Assembly (NCBI GenBank): GCA_964349835.1
Contig: CAYGID010000005.1
Coordinates: 990-64,989 of the forward strand
Direction: 5' to 3'
DNA length: 64,000 nt
Source of the DNA: an uncultured Bacteroidales bacterium
Lineage (GTDB): Bacteria > Bacteroidota > Bacteroidia > Bacteroidales > UBA4181
Shown: positions 32,331 through 41,087 of the stretch, one piece after another
Position numbering within the stretch: the stretch's first letter is position 1
Layout of the letters: each line of letters begins with the position of its first letter
Translations under genes and position numbers: made by a program
Notes under the pieces: generated by a model
Told to the model about the DNA's origin: nothing
Databases searched by the model: none
The model's input: the letters and a program-made list of their open reading frames with translations, nothing else

Positions 32331-33309
32331 ATTTTTGGTTGTCAGATTCAGTTCGATTGGCGACATTGTACTCACTTCGCCGGTTCTCCGGCTCATTAAG
32401 CGCAGGATTCCGGGTGCGGAGCTCCACTTCGTAACCAAAAAGGCTTTTGCCCCGCTCCTCGAAAACAACCCCCACATAGACAAACTGCATCTGCTCGATG
32501 ATTCGCTTTGGCAGTTGATACGCCAACTGCGTGCTGAGAGGTTCGATTATGTAATCGATCTGCACGACAATCTACGCAGTCTACTGATTAAGCTGTTCTC
32601 GGGTTCGCGGTGGCGTACCTACCAAAAAAACCGATGGGGTCGTTGGCTTCTGGTGGCAACCGGTATAAATCGCATGAAAGGGCATATTGTAGAGAGGTAT
32701 CTTCAAACCCTGAAGCCTTGGATGGTTGACGACGACGGAGAGGGCCTCGATTTTTTTGTGTCGCCGAAAACTGCAGTGCGTATCGAAGATCTGCCGCCGG
32801 CTTTTGCTTCGGGATTTGTGGCATTGGTGGCCGGAACCATGCATTATACAAAGCAACTTCCGCTCCAAAAGCAGGTGGATATTTGCAGGCGCATACCCTT
32901 TCCTGTCCTGATTTTGGGAGGGAAAAAAGAGGCCGACCTGGCCAACGAGATAATTCGGCTTTCGGGTCGAACCGATATTGTAAACGGGTGTGGTCGCTAC
33001 TCCCTTTCCGAATCGGCACTTTGGATCAAGTTGTCGAAAGTGGTTGTTACCAACGATACCGGATTGATGCATATTGCGGCTGCCTTTGCCAAACCCATTC
33101 TGGTAACCTATGGTAACAGTGTGAGCGCCTTTGGGTTTGATCCTTACAGGGTACCTTCTTCTTCACGAATCTTCCAAGTAGATATAGCGTGCCGCCCCTG
33201 CTCAAAATTTGGGGGAGCAACCTGCCCAAAGGGTCATTTTCGCTGTATGCAACAAATGGATAGTGCGGCAATTGCCGCAGCAGCCAACGAAATTATGCAG
33301 CAGAGTTAA
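32311..33309 (+). CDS. Glycosyltransferase family 9 (heptosyltransferase-like)
   Basis: N-terminus KFLVVRFSSIGDIVLTSPVLRLIK and C-terminal NDTGLMHIAAA are GT9 hallmarks. The only possible start overlaps atpC by 20 nt. Confidence 0.85.
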   Translation: MTVKSRKFLVVRFSSIGDIVLTSPVLRLIKRRIPGAELHFVTKKAFAPLLENNPHIDKLHLLDDSLWQLIRQLRAERFDYVIDLHDNLRSLLIKLFSGSRWRTYQKNRWGRWLLVATGINRMKGHIVERYLQTLKPWMVDDDGEGLDFFVSPKTAVRIEDLPPAFASGFVALVAGTMHYTKQLPLQKQVDICRRIPFPVLILGGKKEADLANEIIRLSGRTDIVNGCGRYSLSESALWIKLSKVVVTNDTGLMHIAAAFAKPILVTYGNSVSAFGFDPYRVPSSSRIFQVDIACRPCSKFGGATCPKGHFRCMQQMDSAAIAAAANEIMQQS

Positions 33310-33314
33310 AAGAG

Positions 33315-34289
33315 TTAAATCTTTAGTCGCTGTCCGATCCGAAGAATAGAGGTAGACTTGATATTGTTGCTTCGGCAGAGCTGCGAAACCGAAACTCCGT
33401 TCCGACGAGCAATGTGACCCAGGGTGTCGCCTTGGCGTACCACATAATATTTTATGGCTCTTACCTGCTTCAGGTACCCGAAATGGGCTGCGCAAAGCGA
33501 TAGGTCTTGATTGATTACTCTGCCTGCGGCAAAATCGACCAACTCGGTGGGGTTAATAGACTGCCCCAAGTATCGCATCTCATAATGGAGGTGCGCCCCG
33601 GTAGAACGTCCTGTGTTGCCCCCAAGGCCGAGTGCCTCGCCGCTGCGCACCACCTGGTTGATTTTTACCAGCGGTTTGGTAAGGTGGGCATAGATCGTTT
33701 CGAGGCCGTTAAAGTGGCGAACCACCACATAGTGGCCAAATCCACCGCGATTGTAACGCACAATGCGTACCATTCCGTCGAACGAACAGCGAACGGAGTC
33801 GCGGATATTCAGTTTGAGGTCGGTGCCATAATGAAATCGCGAGCGGCGAAAGCCAAACACCGAGGTAATCCGAATGAAACTATCCAGGGGAGGGGTGAAG
33901 CCCTGCAAATGGATCAGCGAGGTATCCTTCTTTTGGGCCAGGTCTACTTTGTAGGGGTTCAGAATGTGGTGCACCCAAGAGTTGTACAGAGCCGCAGAGG
34001 GAACTTTTGTGGTATCGATAGCGCCGTTGCAGGCAATCAGCGAATCCATCTCGGCAAGGTAGGAGTCTATACTCTCTGCGTCGTCGAGGCTCCCCTCTTC
34101 TTCATCGGAAAACTCCTCCACCTCATCAATCATACGTGCCATTGCCGATGTGTCGATGTCGGAAGCAAAATCAGTTAAGGAAACGGAAATGGTTTTGGCC
34201 AACTGCACAGTATCGGGTTCCTCTGCCATCAGAAGGCATGGAAGGCAAAAGATCAAAAAGGCGTAAATGGCTGATAGTAAGCGATTCAT
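33315..34289 (-). CDS. M23-family metallopeptidase with C-terminal LysM domain (paralog of 29512-30576)
   Basis: Signal peptide MNRLLSAIYAFLIFCLPCLLMA. M23 motifs HYGTD and HLHYE. C-terminal LysM (YYVVRQGDTLGHIARRNGVSVSQLCRSNNI...LRIGQRL). ATG at 34289 is preferred because TTG at 34313 lies inside a -7 box. Confidence 0.88.
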   Translation of the reverse strand: MNRLLSAIYAFLIFCLPCLLMAEEPDTVQLAKTISVSLTDFASDIDTSAMARMIDEVEEFSDEEEGSLDDAESIDSYLAEMDSLIACNGAIDTTKVPSAALYNSWVHHILNPYKVDLAQKKDTSLIHLQGFTPPLDSFIRITSVFGFRRSRFHYGTDLKLNIRDSVRCSFDGMVRIVRYNRGGFGHYVVVRHFNGLETIYAHLTKPLVKINQVVRSGEALGLGGNTGRSTGAHLHYEMRYLGQSINPTELVDFAAGRVINQDLSLCAAHFGYLKQVRAIKYYVVRQGDTLGHIARRNGVSVSQLCRSNNIKSTSILRIGQRLKI

Positions 34290-34310
34290 TATTTTTTCGT
34301 TCTGTTTGAA

Positions 34311-34318
34311 CAAAATTA
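34311..34318 (-). promoter_or_regulatory. Candidate -7 promoter box for the second M23/LysM gene
   Basis: Reverse complement reads TAATTTTG, matching TAnnTTTG. About 21 nt upstream of ATG 34289. Confidence 0.45.
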
Positions 34319-34348
34319 AGAAAAAATGAACATTTCCGCTGCTCTGTT

Positions 34349-34384
34349 AAAAAAAAACAGACCCTCAGTAGATATTGAGGGTCT
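34349..34384 (-). terminator. Rho-independent terminator of the grpE-dnaJ operon
   Basis: AGACCCTCA (34359-34367) pairs with TGAGGGTCT (34376-34384) across an 8-nt loop. The plus-strand A-run at 34349-34357 becomes a U-tract on the minus-strand transcript. Confidence 0.75.
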
Positions 34385-34518
34385 ATCTTGTTCTATTTGA
34401 GATGGATAGGAGGTAGTTAATTTGTAAATTCCCTGTTCATAAGTGGGTTCGTTATTGTTGATAAGTTGTTAATAAGTTGTGAATAAGTAGGGGAAGCACA
34501 ACCTTAATTGTCGGGGAT

Positions 34519-35682
34519 TTACTCTTTGTTCTGGAAGAAGGTGCGCATTTTGGCAAAAAAGCCCATATCCTTTTTCGCTTCGTCGGGGGTAAAACGATCG
34601 GAAGTAGCGAATTTTTCCAGAGCAGCCCGCTCTTCTCGGTTCAACTCTTTGGGAATCCACACATTGATATTTACCAGCAGGTCGCCCTTGCCGTAACCGT
34701 TTACATCGGGGAGTCCCTTGCCCCTGAGTCGGAGAATTTTCCCGGGCTGTGTTCCCGGATCTATTTTTATCTTCACTTTGCTGTCGACCGTGGGAACCTC
34801 CATTGTGGCACCCAGTGCTGCTTCGGGTATCGAAAGGTAGAGAAAATAGACCAAGTCGTTGCCGTCGCGCAGCAGTTCGGGGTGATCCTCCTCGTCGATC
34901 AGTACCAGCAAATCGCCCGGAATACCTCCTCTTCGGGCCGCATTGCCCTTGCCACTAACGGAGATCTGCATGTTCGAGGCCACTCCGGCAGGAATTTTAA
35001 TGGGAATCACCTCCTGTTGCTGTACAATTCCTTCGCCATGGCAATGGGTGCACTTTCGGGTAATAATTCGCCCTTCGCCACCGCACATGTTGCACACGCT
35101 TGAGGTTTGCATCTGACCCAGAATGGTGTTTGTTACCCTTGTAACATGGCCGGTTCCCCGGCACTGGGCACAAGTTGAATAGGCCGAAGAATTTTCGGCC
35201 CCTGAGCCCCCGCACTCCTTGCAGGTTATATATTTGTTGACCTTAATCTTTTTCTCGACGCCATAGGCAATCTCTTGCAGGTTGAGCTTTACCTTGACTC
35301 GCAGATTGGCACCGTGGTTCACGTTGCGTCCGCCGCCTCCGCCTCCGAAGCCTCCAAAACTGCTGAATCCCCCGAATCCGCCAAAGATGTCGCCGAATTG
35401 TGAGAAGATATCATCCATGCTCATCCCCCCGCCGTAGCCGGCACCTCCTCCTCCGTTACCCATCCCGGCATGTCCGAACTGGTCGTATCTGGCCTTCTTC
35501 TGCTCATCGCTCAACACCTCGTAGGCCTCGGCAGCCTCTTTAAACTTCTCCTCTGCCTCTTTGTTGCCGGGGTTTTTGTCGGGATGATACTGAATGGCTT
35601 TCTTTCGGTAGGCTTTCTTTATCTCCTCTTTCGAAGCACTTTTTTGCACTTCGAGAATTTCATAGTAATCGCGTTTCGCCAT
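34519..35682 (-). CDS. dnaJ: Molecular chaperone DnaJ
   Basis: J-domain [12 protein letters not shown]...YHPDKNPG, a Gly-rich linker, and four CxxCxGxG zinc motifs. The track start at 35703 is TTG and would overlap grpE. Confidence 0.97.
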   Translation of the reverse strand: MAKRDYYEILEVQKSASKEEIKKAYRKKAIQYHPDKNPGNKEAEEKFKEAAEAYEVLSDEQKKARYDQFGHAGMGNGGGGAGYGGGMSMDDIFSQFGDIFGGFGGFSSFGGFGGGGGGRNVNHGANLRVKVKLNLQEIAYGVEKKIKVNKYITCKECGGSGAENSSAYSTCAQCRGTGHVTRVTNTILGQMQTSSVCNMCGGEGRIITRKCTHCHGEGIVQQQEVIPIKIPAGVASNMQISVSGKGNAARRGGIPGDLLVLIDEEDHPELLRDGNDLVYFLYLSIPEAALGATMEVPTVDSKVKIKIDPGTQPGKILRLRGKGLPDVNGYGKGDLLVNINVWIPKELNREERAALEKFATSDRFTPDEAKKDMGFFAKMRTFFQNKE

Positions 35683-35692
35683 TGTCGTCTTG

Positions 35693-36298
35693 TTAATAGC
35701 CAACCACTACCTTTGCAAAGCGTATTACCTTGTCGTACAGATAATAGCCTTTCTGAATCACATCCACAACTTTGCCTTTTTTTGCCTCATCGGCGACCTC
35801 TATTTTTGTAATGGCTTCGTGCGTGTCGGTATTGAAATCGGTATTGATTGCTTCAATCTCTTTGACCCCTTTTTGCGTGATGAACTCTTTCAGTTTATTG
35901 TTAATCAGTAAAATACCCTCTTTCATAGCCTGCATGTCGGTGGCTTGGTCCATGATAACAATGGCTCTGTCTATATCGTCGATTACCGACAGGAATCCCG
36001 ATAAAATCTCCTCACCGGCCGTTTTGCTGAGTTCCATCTTTTCTTTGAGGGTTCTTTTCCGGTAATTGTCGAACTCTGCAACCGACCGGAGATACTTGTC
36101 GTGAAGCAGGGCCAATTCGGTCTGCAATGCCAAAAGGTCATTTTTCAGTGTGGCACACTCGTCGGTTGTGGCAGAATTTTCGGGTTTTCCGGCCTCTGTG
36201 GCCTGTTCTTTGGCATCGGGAGCCGATGCTTTGTCTGCACGGCCCGCAGTACTACCGGTAAGGGGCTCTCCCTTGCGATGTTGCTCTTTGTTCTTCAT
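35693..36298 (-). CDS. grpE: Nucleotide exchange factor GrpE
   Basis: Acidic N-terminus, a coiled coil, and the C-terminal [20 protein letters not shown] typical of GrpE. ATG at 36298 is preferred over TTG at 36319. Confidence 0.92.
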   Translation of the reverse strand: MKNKEQHRKGEPLTGSTAGRADKASAPDAKEQATEAGKPENSATTDECATLKNDLLALQTELALLHDKYLRSVAEFDNYRKRTLKEKMELSKTAGEEILSGFLSVIDDIDRAIVIMDQATDMQAMKEGILLINNKLKEFITQKGVKEIEAINTDFNTDTHEAITKIEVADEAKKGKVVDVIQKGYYLYDKVIRFAKVVVGY

Positions 36299-36485
36299 TT
36301 CTATGCCTTGAATGTTCAATAAGTCTGCAAGCCATTATCAAAAGGCTTGCCATAATTGGCAATCCAGCCAATTTGTCAGAAGAGGTCAAGATTCAAATCC
36401 TCTTTTGTCATTTTGACCCTCTCTCCTCAGAGGGGCTGGCAACGAAAATCTTTCTGGCTCCGTTGAGATTGGATGCCGAAAATGT

Positions 36486-36493
36486 TAGCTTTG
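36486..36493 (+). promoter_or_regulatory. Candidate -7 promoter box for the YqjE/YqjK-like pair
   Basis: TAGCTTTG matches TAnnTTTG. About 50 nt upstream of ATG 36544 and inside the long ORF-track extension, which argues against that extension. Confidence 0.4.
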
Positions 36494-36543
36494 CCTACCG
36501 GAACTATTTTCGGGTGCTAACGGCTCCTTTTACCTTTATGTGT

Positions 36544-36918
36544 ATGGAGAATCAGAATGCAACGGAAGGTAAGTACAATGAGGCTTACCGCGATATCAAA
36601 ACGTATGTTGATCTTCAGTTGGATCTGCTGCGTCTGGAGGTGGTTGAAAAGGGCTCAAAGCTGGTTTCGGGACTTCTGGTTCTGATTATCGTGCTTTTTA
36701 TGGTCTTCGGGGCGTTGGTATATCTCTCGGTTGCCCTGTTGTCGCATTTGGAAACCCTTTTTGGCAGTATGATACCGGGCTGCCTGATGATTTCCGGGGG
36801 CTTATTGCTGATGACTTTGGTGGTAATCCGGTTCAAAAAATATCTTTTTTTGAACCCGCTCATCAGATTGTTTGCCAGTCTTATCCTCGATGAGGAGTCT
36901 AAGGAGGTGCGGAAATGA
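36544..36918 (+). CDS. YqjE-like / holin-X superfamily small membrane protein
   Basis: About 124 aa from MENQNATEGKY. Amphipathic N-terminus followed by two long TM helices (LVLIIVLFMVFGALVYLSVALL, GCLMISGGLLLMTLVV). Resembles the E. coli YqjE-type stress membrane proteins as I recall them. Confidence 0.6.
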   Translation: MENQNATEGKYNEAYRDIKTYVDLQLDLLRLEVVEKGSKLVSGLLVLIIVLFMVFGALVYLSVALLSHLETLFGSMIPGCLMISGGLLLMTLVVIRFKKYLFLNPLIRLFASLILDEESKEVRK

Positions 36919-37223
36919 GAACGACAAAGAACAAGCGATTCAACTGTTCGAACCTGGAGTGCCTGCAGATGGAAAAGCGGCATTTGCGTGCCGAAATCGA
37001 CCGGCAGCAGGTACGTGTGGAACATCATTTTGTATCGGTGATGGGGGCTGTTGAGCAGCTCTCGGTTATGGGTAAACTGGTAAAGCAGGCTGTGGATGTG
37101 GTTTCGGCTTTCAAAAGCGTGCAGACGGGTTATGCCCTCTTTTCTACACTGTTGCAGTGGCTTTTGCCGGCTACCGCTGCTCAGGAGCCACCGAAACAAC
37201 ATGAAGCTGTTAGCCCCGAGTAA
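36915..37223 (+). CDS. Hypothetical coiled-coil protein, YqjK-like by position
   Basis: ATGA overlap with the preceding gene. About 102 aa. Charged helix LQMEKRHLRAEIDRQQVRVEHH followed by a hydrophobic segment. Confidence 0.5.
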   Translation: MRTTKNKRFNCSNLECLQMEKRHLRAEIDRQQVRVEHHFVSVMGAVEQLSVMGKLVKQAVDVVSAFKSVQTGYALFSTLLQWLLPATAAQEPPKQHEAVSPE

Positions 37224-37397
37224 TCGGCTTGCTTCGGTGGGCGCCCATGCAATTGCACGCACCTTGGGGTTGTGCCCGATGCAAAGAAGAATGGGGCGGC
37301 ACACAATAAAACCCTACTGTTTTTAGTTTTCATTGGTGAACCTCTATGCCTGAAGCCCCTTTTTGGGCGCATGGGGGAGTGCCTTCGTTTTATTGAT

Positions 37398-37405
37398 TAT
37401 ATTTG
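37398..37405 (+). promoter_or_regulatory. Candidate -7 promoter box for the GldJ-like gene / murF
   Basis: TATATTTG matches TAnnTTTG. It covers the TTG track start at 37403, and lies 12 nt before ATG 37418 and 30 nt before ATG 37436. Confidence 0.45.
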
Positions 37406-37435
37406 TTGCTTACGAAAATGGGTAATCACAGAAAG

Positions 37436-38635
37436 ATGAAATATGTGTTGTGGAGTCTGCTGACTCTCTCTCTCGTTGCTACTGTTACCTCTTGCAAAGA
37501 GGCAAATGGCGTGGGTAATCAGGTTGTTTCCAAAACAACGGGCTGGCGCTATAACGATCAGGCCTGGGGGTCGATTCCCCAGGGTTTTCTTAGTGAGCAA
37601 CCCACCGGCCCCGGTCTTGTGCTGATTCCCGGCGGGGTGTTTAAAATGGGCAACATGCAGGAAGATGTGATGTTCACTTGGAATAGTGTGCCACGGAATG
37701 CATCGGTCGAATCGTTTTACATGGACGAAACCGAAGTCTCGAATATGGCCTATAGGGAGTATCTGCATTGGTTGGCTCGTGTTTACAGCGACCAGCCCGA
37801 AATGTATACGGAGGCCCTTCCCGACACATTGGTTTGGACCGATAAAACGGGTTACAACGAGCCCTATGTGCAGAGTTATTTGCGCTATGCCGCCTTTGGC
37901 GACTATCCGGTGGTGGGGGTAAGCTGGGAACAGGCTACTGCTTATTGTAAATGGCGCACCGACAGGGTTAATGAGTATCTCTTAATTAAGGCCGGCGTGC
38001 TGAGTCCTGATCCCAACCGCAGGGGGAATCTTCCCTCTTCGCTTTCGCACGGTATCATGTTGCCCGAATACCGCCTCCCTACAGAGGCGGAGTGGGAGTA
38101 TGCCTCTGCCGCGAACATGGGCAATACCCTCGACGGGAGAGTTTTCGAACAGCGGATTTATCCCTGGGACGGCACTTCTCTCAGGCACTCCTCTAAGAAA
38201 AAACAGGGACAGATGCGAGCCAACTTTACCCTGGGTTCGGGCGATGCTACCGGTGTGGCCGGGGCATTGAGCGACGGCAGCCGGGGACCGGCTCCCGGCA
38301 CCTTTGGCGAACCCAACGATTTCGGGCTCTATTGTATGGCGGGAAATGTGAATGAGTGGGTGTACGATGCCTATCAGCCGGTTTCTTCTAACACGCCCGA
38401 GGCTTTGGCTCCCGGTTTGAGCGAAAATGGCCTTATGCCAACAGAGTCTGCTCCGGTTGATTCGGTATTTCCCGATGTGCAGGAGAGCCCGGTGCAGCGC
38501 GTTTATAAGGGAGGCTCCTTTAAAGACCGCGCCTACTGGCTTTCGGCCGGAACCCGCCGTGGGTTAAACCAAACGGAGTCGCGAAACGATATTGGCTTCC
38601 GCTGCGCGATGGTTCGTGCCGGATCGGCACGATAG
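37436..38635 (+). CDS. FGE/SUMF1-fold lipoprotein of the GldJ / GldK(PorK) family
   Basis: Lipoprotein signal MKYVLWSLLTLSLVATVTSC; ATG at 37418 is an alternative start. Has TGWRYND, GPGLVLIPGGVFKMG, YPVVGVSWEQA and the C-terminal GGSF...GFRCAM motifs of the formylglycine-generating-enzyme fold. murF follows, as I recall for gldJ in Flavobacterium. Confidence 0.75.
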   Translation: MKYVLWSLLTLSLVATVTSCKEANGVGNQVVSKTTGWRYNDQAWGSIPQGFLSEQPTGPGLVLIPGGVFKMGNMQEDVMFTWNSVPRNASVESFYMDETEVSNMAYREYLHWLARVYSDQPEMYTEALPDTLVWTDKTGYNEPYVQSYLRYAAFGDYPVVGVSWEQATAYCKWRTDRVNEYLLIKAGVLSPDPNRRGNLPSSLSHGIMLPEYRLPTEAEWEYASAANMGNTLDGRVFEQRIYPWDGTSLRHSSKKKQGQMRANFTLGSGDATGVAGALSDGSRGPAPGTFGEPNDFGLYCMAGNVNEWVYDAYQPVSSNTPEALAPGLSENGLMPTESAPVDSVFPDVQESPVQRVYKGGSFKDRAYWLSAGTRRGLNQTESRNDIGFRCAMVRAGSAR

Positions 38636-38662
38636 TCGATAACCCAGCCTTTCTGATAGCCC

Positions 38663-39964
38663 ATGTCGTATATTCCGGCGCTTTATCAGCTTTTTCTTAA
38701 GCATGGCAGCGTAACCACCGATTCGCGCCAGGCCGGTCGCGGTGTAATCTTCTTTGCCTTACGGGGAGAACGGTTTAACGGAAACGATTTTGCACTACAG
38801 GCTCTTGCAGCAGGTTCGCCCTGTGCTGTTGTCGATGACCCTGCGCTGAAAGGCACCCCGGGTATCTTTTGCGTAGACGAGGTGCTTTTGGCTCTGCAAC
38901 GGTTGGCCTCTTTTCACAGGCGGCAGTTAGGCATCCCCATTCTTGCCATTACCGGCACAAACGGAAAAACCACCACCAAAGAGCTTATTCATGCGGTATT
39001 GTCGCAGGAGTTTCCGGTATGCGCAACCCCGGGTAATCTGAACAATCATATAGGGGTGCCGTTGACCCTTCTTTCAATGGATGCATCAACCCGCATAGGC
39101 ATCGTTGAGATGGGTGCCAACCATCCGGGCGAGATAGCCCGACTTTGCGAAATTGCTACCCCCACGCACGGGCTCATAACCAATATTGGCAAGGCCCATC
39201 TCGAGGGTTTTGGTGGTTTCGAGGGGGTTGTCCGCACAAAAAATGAGCTCTATCTGGCACTCGATGCGCCCGGTTCTACCCTATTTGTAAATGGGGCAAA
39301 CCCCCTGTTGATGGGTCTTCTTGCCCATTCAAAAGCCAGCCTCGTTACCTATGGAAACCATCGGCAGTCGCTCTGTAACCTGAGCGAAACCGAGTCGGCT
39401 CCCTTTCTTACAGCTACCTGGAATCAACATACTCTGCGCACCTCTATGGCAGGCGGGTATAATCTGGAGAATATGGAAGCAGCCTGTGCTGTGGGTCTCC
39501 ATTTCGGAATTTCCGAAGCGAAGATTGTGGCCGCCATTTCGGGCTATAAACCGCAGAACAGTCGTTCGCAATGGGTCGAAACCGCACGGAACCGGGTACT
39601 GTGCGACTATTATAATGCCAACCCTTCGAGTATGTCGATTGCGCTCGATCACTTCTTTCGGCTCGAAATACCTTTGGGCATGCAAAAACGGGTGTTATTG
39701 GGCGATATGTTTGAATTGGGTGATGCCACAGCCCAAGAACACTCGCGGGTTATCGACATGTTGGGCAGCCATCCCGAAGTTGAGGCCTGGCTTGCCGGGG
39801 TTTACTTCTCGCAGGCTCTTAGCGATCCGTGGAGCCATATCAGAGCGTTTTCCGACACTGAAGCCATGGTTCGAGCCATGAACATAGAGCCGTTTACGCA
39901 GAGTGTGGTTCTGATAAAGGGATCCAGGGGTATGCGGATGGAGCAGTTAATGCCTCATTTGTAA
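38663..39964 (+). CDS. murF: UDP-N-acetylmuramoyl-tripeptide--D-alanyl-D-alanine ligase
   Basis: Mur ligase P-loop GTNGKTTTKE. 433 aa with MurF-like N- and C-terminal domains. Confidence 0.94.
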   Translation: MSYIPALYQLFLKHGSVTTDSRQAGRGVIFFALRGERFNGNDFALQALAAGSPCAVVDDPALKGTPGIFCVDEVLLALQRLASFHRRQLGIPILAITGTNGKTTTKELIHAVLSQEFPVCATPGNLNNHIGVPLTLLSMDASTRIGIVEMGANHPGEIARLCEIATPTHGLITNIGKAHLEGFGGFEGVVRTKNELYLALDAPGSTLFVNGANPLLMGLLAHSKASLVTYGNHRQSLCNLSETESAPFLTATWNQHTLRTSMAGGYNLENMEAACAVGLHFGISEAKIVAAISGYKPQNSRSQWVETARNRVLCDYYNANPSSMSIALDHFFRLEIPLGMQKRVLLGDMFELGDATAQEHSRVIDMLGSHPEVEAWLAGVYFSQALSDPWSHIRAFSDTEAMVRAMNIEPFTQSVVLIKGSRGMRMEQLMPHL

Positions 39965-40024
39965 ATAGCCAAACCTTTTATTAACAAATTGGTTCTGCAA
40001 GGCGGTTCGTAAGGCGGTTTTTTC

Positions 40025-40032
40025 TAACTTTG
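40025..40032 (+). promoter_or_regulatory. Candidate -7 promoter box for prs
   Basis: TAACTTTG matches TAnnTTTG. About 36 nt upstream of ATG 40069. Confidence 0.45.
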
Positions 40033-40068
40033 CCGCGCATTTGAAAGCAACTTTAACCGTTTCGCAGT

Positions 40069-41010
40069 ATGAGTGCCAATACTCCCATCAAGATATTTGC
40101 CGGCAGTGCATCGACCTACCTGGGCGAAAAAATTGCAAAAAGTTTTGGAACAGAACTTGGTAAAAGTTCTATGCTCCGCTTTAGCGACGGGGAGTTTCAG
40201 CCCGCTTACGAAGAGTCGGTTCGGGGAGCCACTGTTTTTATTGTGCAATCAACATTTCCTCCTTCCGACAATCTGATGGAGCTGTTGTTGATGATTGATG
40301 CGGCCAAAAGAGCTTCGGCCTATAAGGTTGTGGCAGTGATTCCCTATTTGGGAATGGCCCGCCAGGATCGGAAAGACAGGCCCCGTTGCGCCATCGGCGC
40401 CAAAATGGTGGCCAATCTGCTTTCGGCGGTCGGGGTCGACAGGGTGATGACAATGGATCTTCATGCCGACCAAATTCAGGGCTTTTTTGATGTTCCGGTT
40501 GATCATCTCTACGCCTCCTCGGTGTTTGTTCCCTACCTGCAGAGTCTGAATCTCGACAATCTTGTAATTGCTGCGCCTGATATGGGTGGTTCTAAACGGG
40601 CCAATGCCTATTCGCGGTTTTTGAATACGGAGATGGTAATTTGCTACAAAGTGCGAAAAAAGGCCAATGTGGTGAGTGAGATGCGGGTAATCGGCGAGGT
40701 GGAAGGTCGTGATGTGGTGATTGTAGACGATATGGTTGACACCGCAGGCACCCTTACGCTGTGTGCCGAACTGATGTCGGATATGGGTGCCCGTTCGGTA
40801 AGGGCTATCTGTTCGCATCCTGTGCTTTCGGGTCCGGCCATAGACAGATTAAACAATTCGAAACTGCTCGAACTGGTTGTAGCCGACACCATTCCTGTTG
40901 CCCACCATAACACCGATAAACTGCGGGTTCTTTCTGTGGCTGATATGTTTGCCGACGTCATCAATAAGGTATATAACTATCAATCTATAAGTACCACATT
41001 TATTATGTAA
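40069..41010 (+). CDS. prs: Ribose-phosphate pyrophosphokinase
   Basis: DLHADQIQGFF and the PRPP-binding loop VVIVDDMVDTAGT. Confidence 0.96.
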   Translation: MSANTPIKIFAGSASTYLGEKIAKSFGTELGKSSMLRFSDGEFQPAYEESVRGATVFIVQSTFPPSDNLMELLLMIDAAKRASAYKVVAVIPYLGMARQDRKDRPRCAIGAKMVANLLSAVGVDRVMTMDLHADQIQGFFDVPVDHLYASSVFVPYLQSLNLDNLVIAAPDMGGSKRANAYSRFLNTEMVICYKVRKKANVVSEMRVIGEVEGRDVVIVDDMVDTAGTLTLCAELMSDMGARSVRAICSHPVLSGPAIDRLNNSKLLELVVADTIPVAHHNTDKLRVLSVADMFADVINKVYNYQSISTTFIM

Positions 41011-41039
41011 AGGGGTGTTTTGTATTCCCCATTTTTTTC

Positions 41040-41047
41040 TATATTTG
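41040..41047 (+). promoter_or_regulatory. Candidate -7 promoter box for the rplY-pth-hslR-DUF4924 operon
   Basis: TATATTTG matches TAnnTTTG. About 40 nt upstream of ATG 41088, with a TTTG 17 nt further upstream that could be a -33 element. Confidence 0.5.
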
Positions 41048-41087
41048 CACCCTGACATTTTAAAACCATACATATCACAATACATAC

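Noticed and set aside
36484-36521. A CIRCE-like heat-shock operator, suggested by GTTAGC ... GCTAAC near grpE.
   Set aside because: The arms are only 6 bp and the spacer is 26 nt, against 9-bp arms and a 9-nt spacer in CIRCE. The element overlaps the -7 box of the opposite (yqjE-like) gene and is more than 180 nt from the grpE start.
37267-37330. A possible terminator after the YqjK-like gene: GGGTTGTGCC ... GGCAC-bulge-AACCC followed by a T-rich stretch.
   Set aside because: The stem is interrupted by a 6-nt bulge and has a 21-nt loop, and the T-run is separated from the stem by TACTG. It is too weak to call without folding-energy calculations or 3'-end data.
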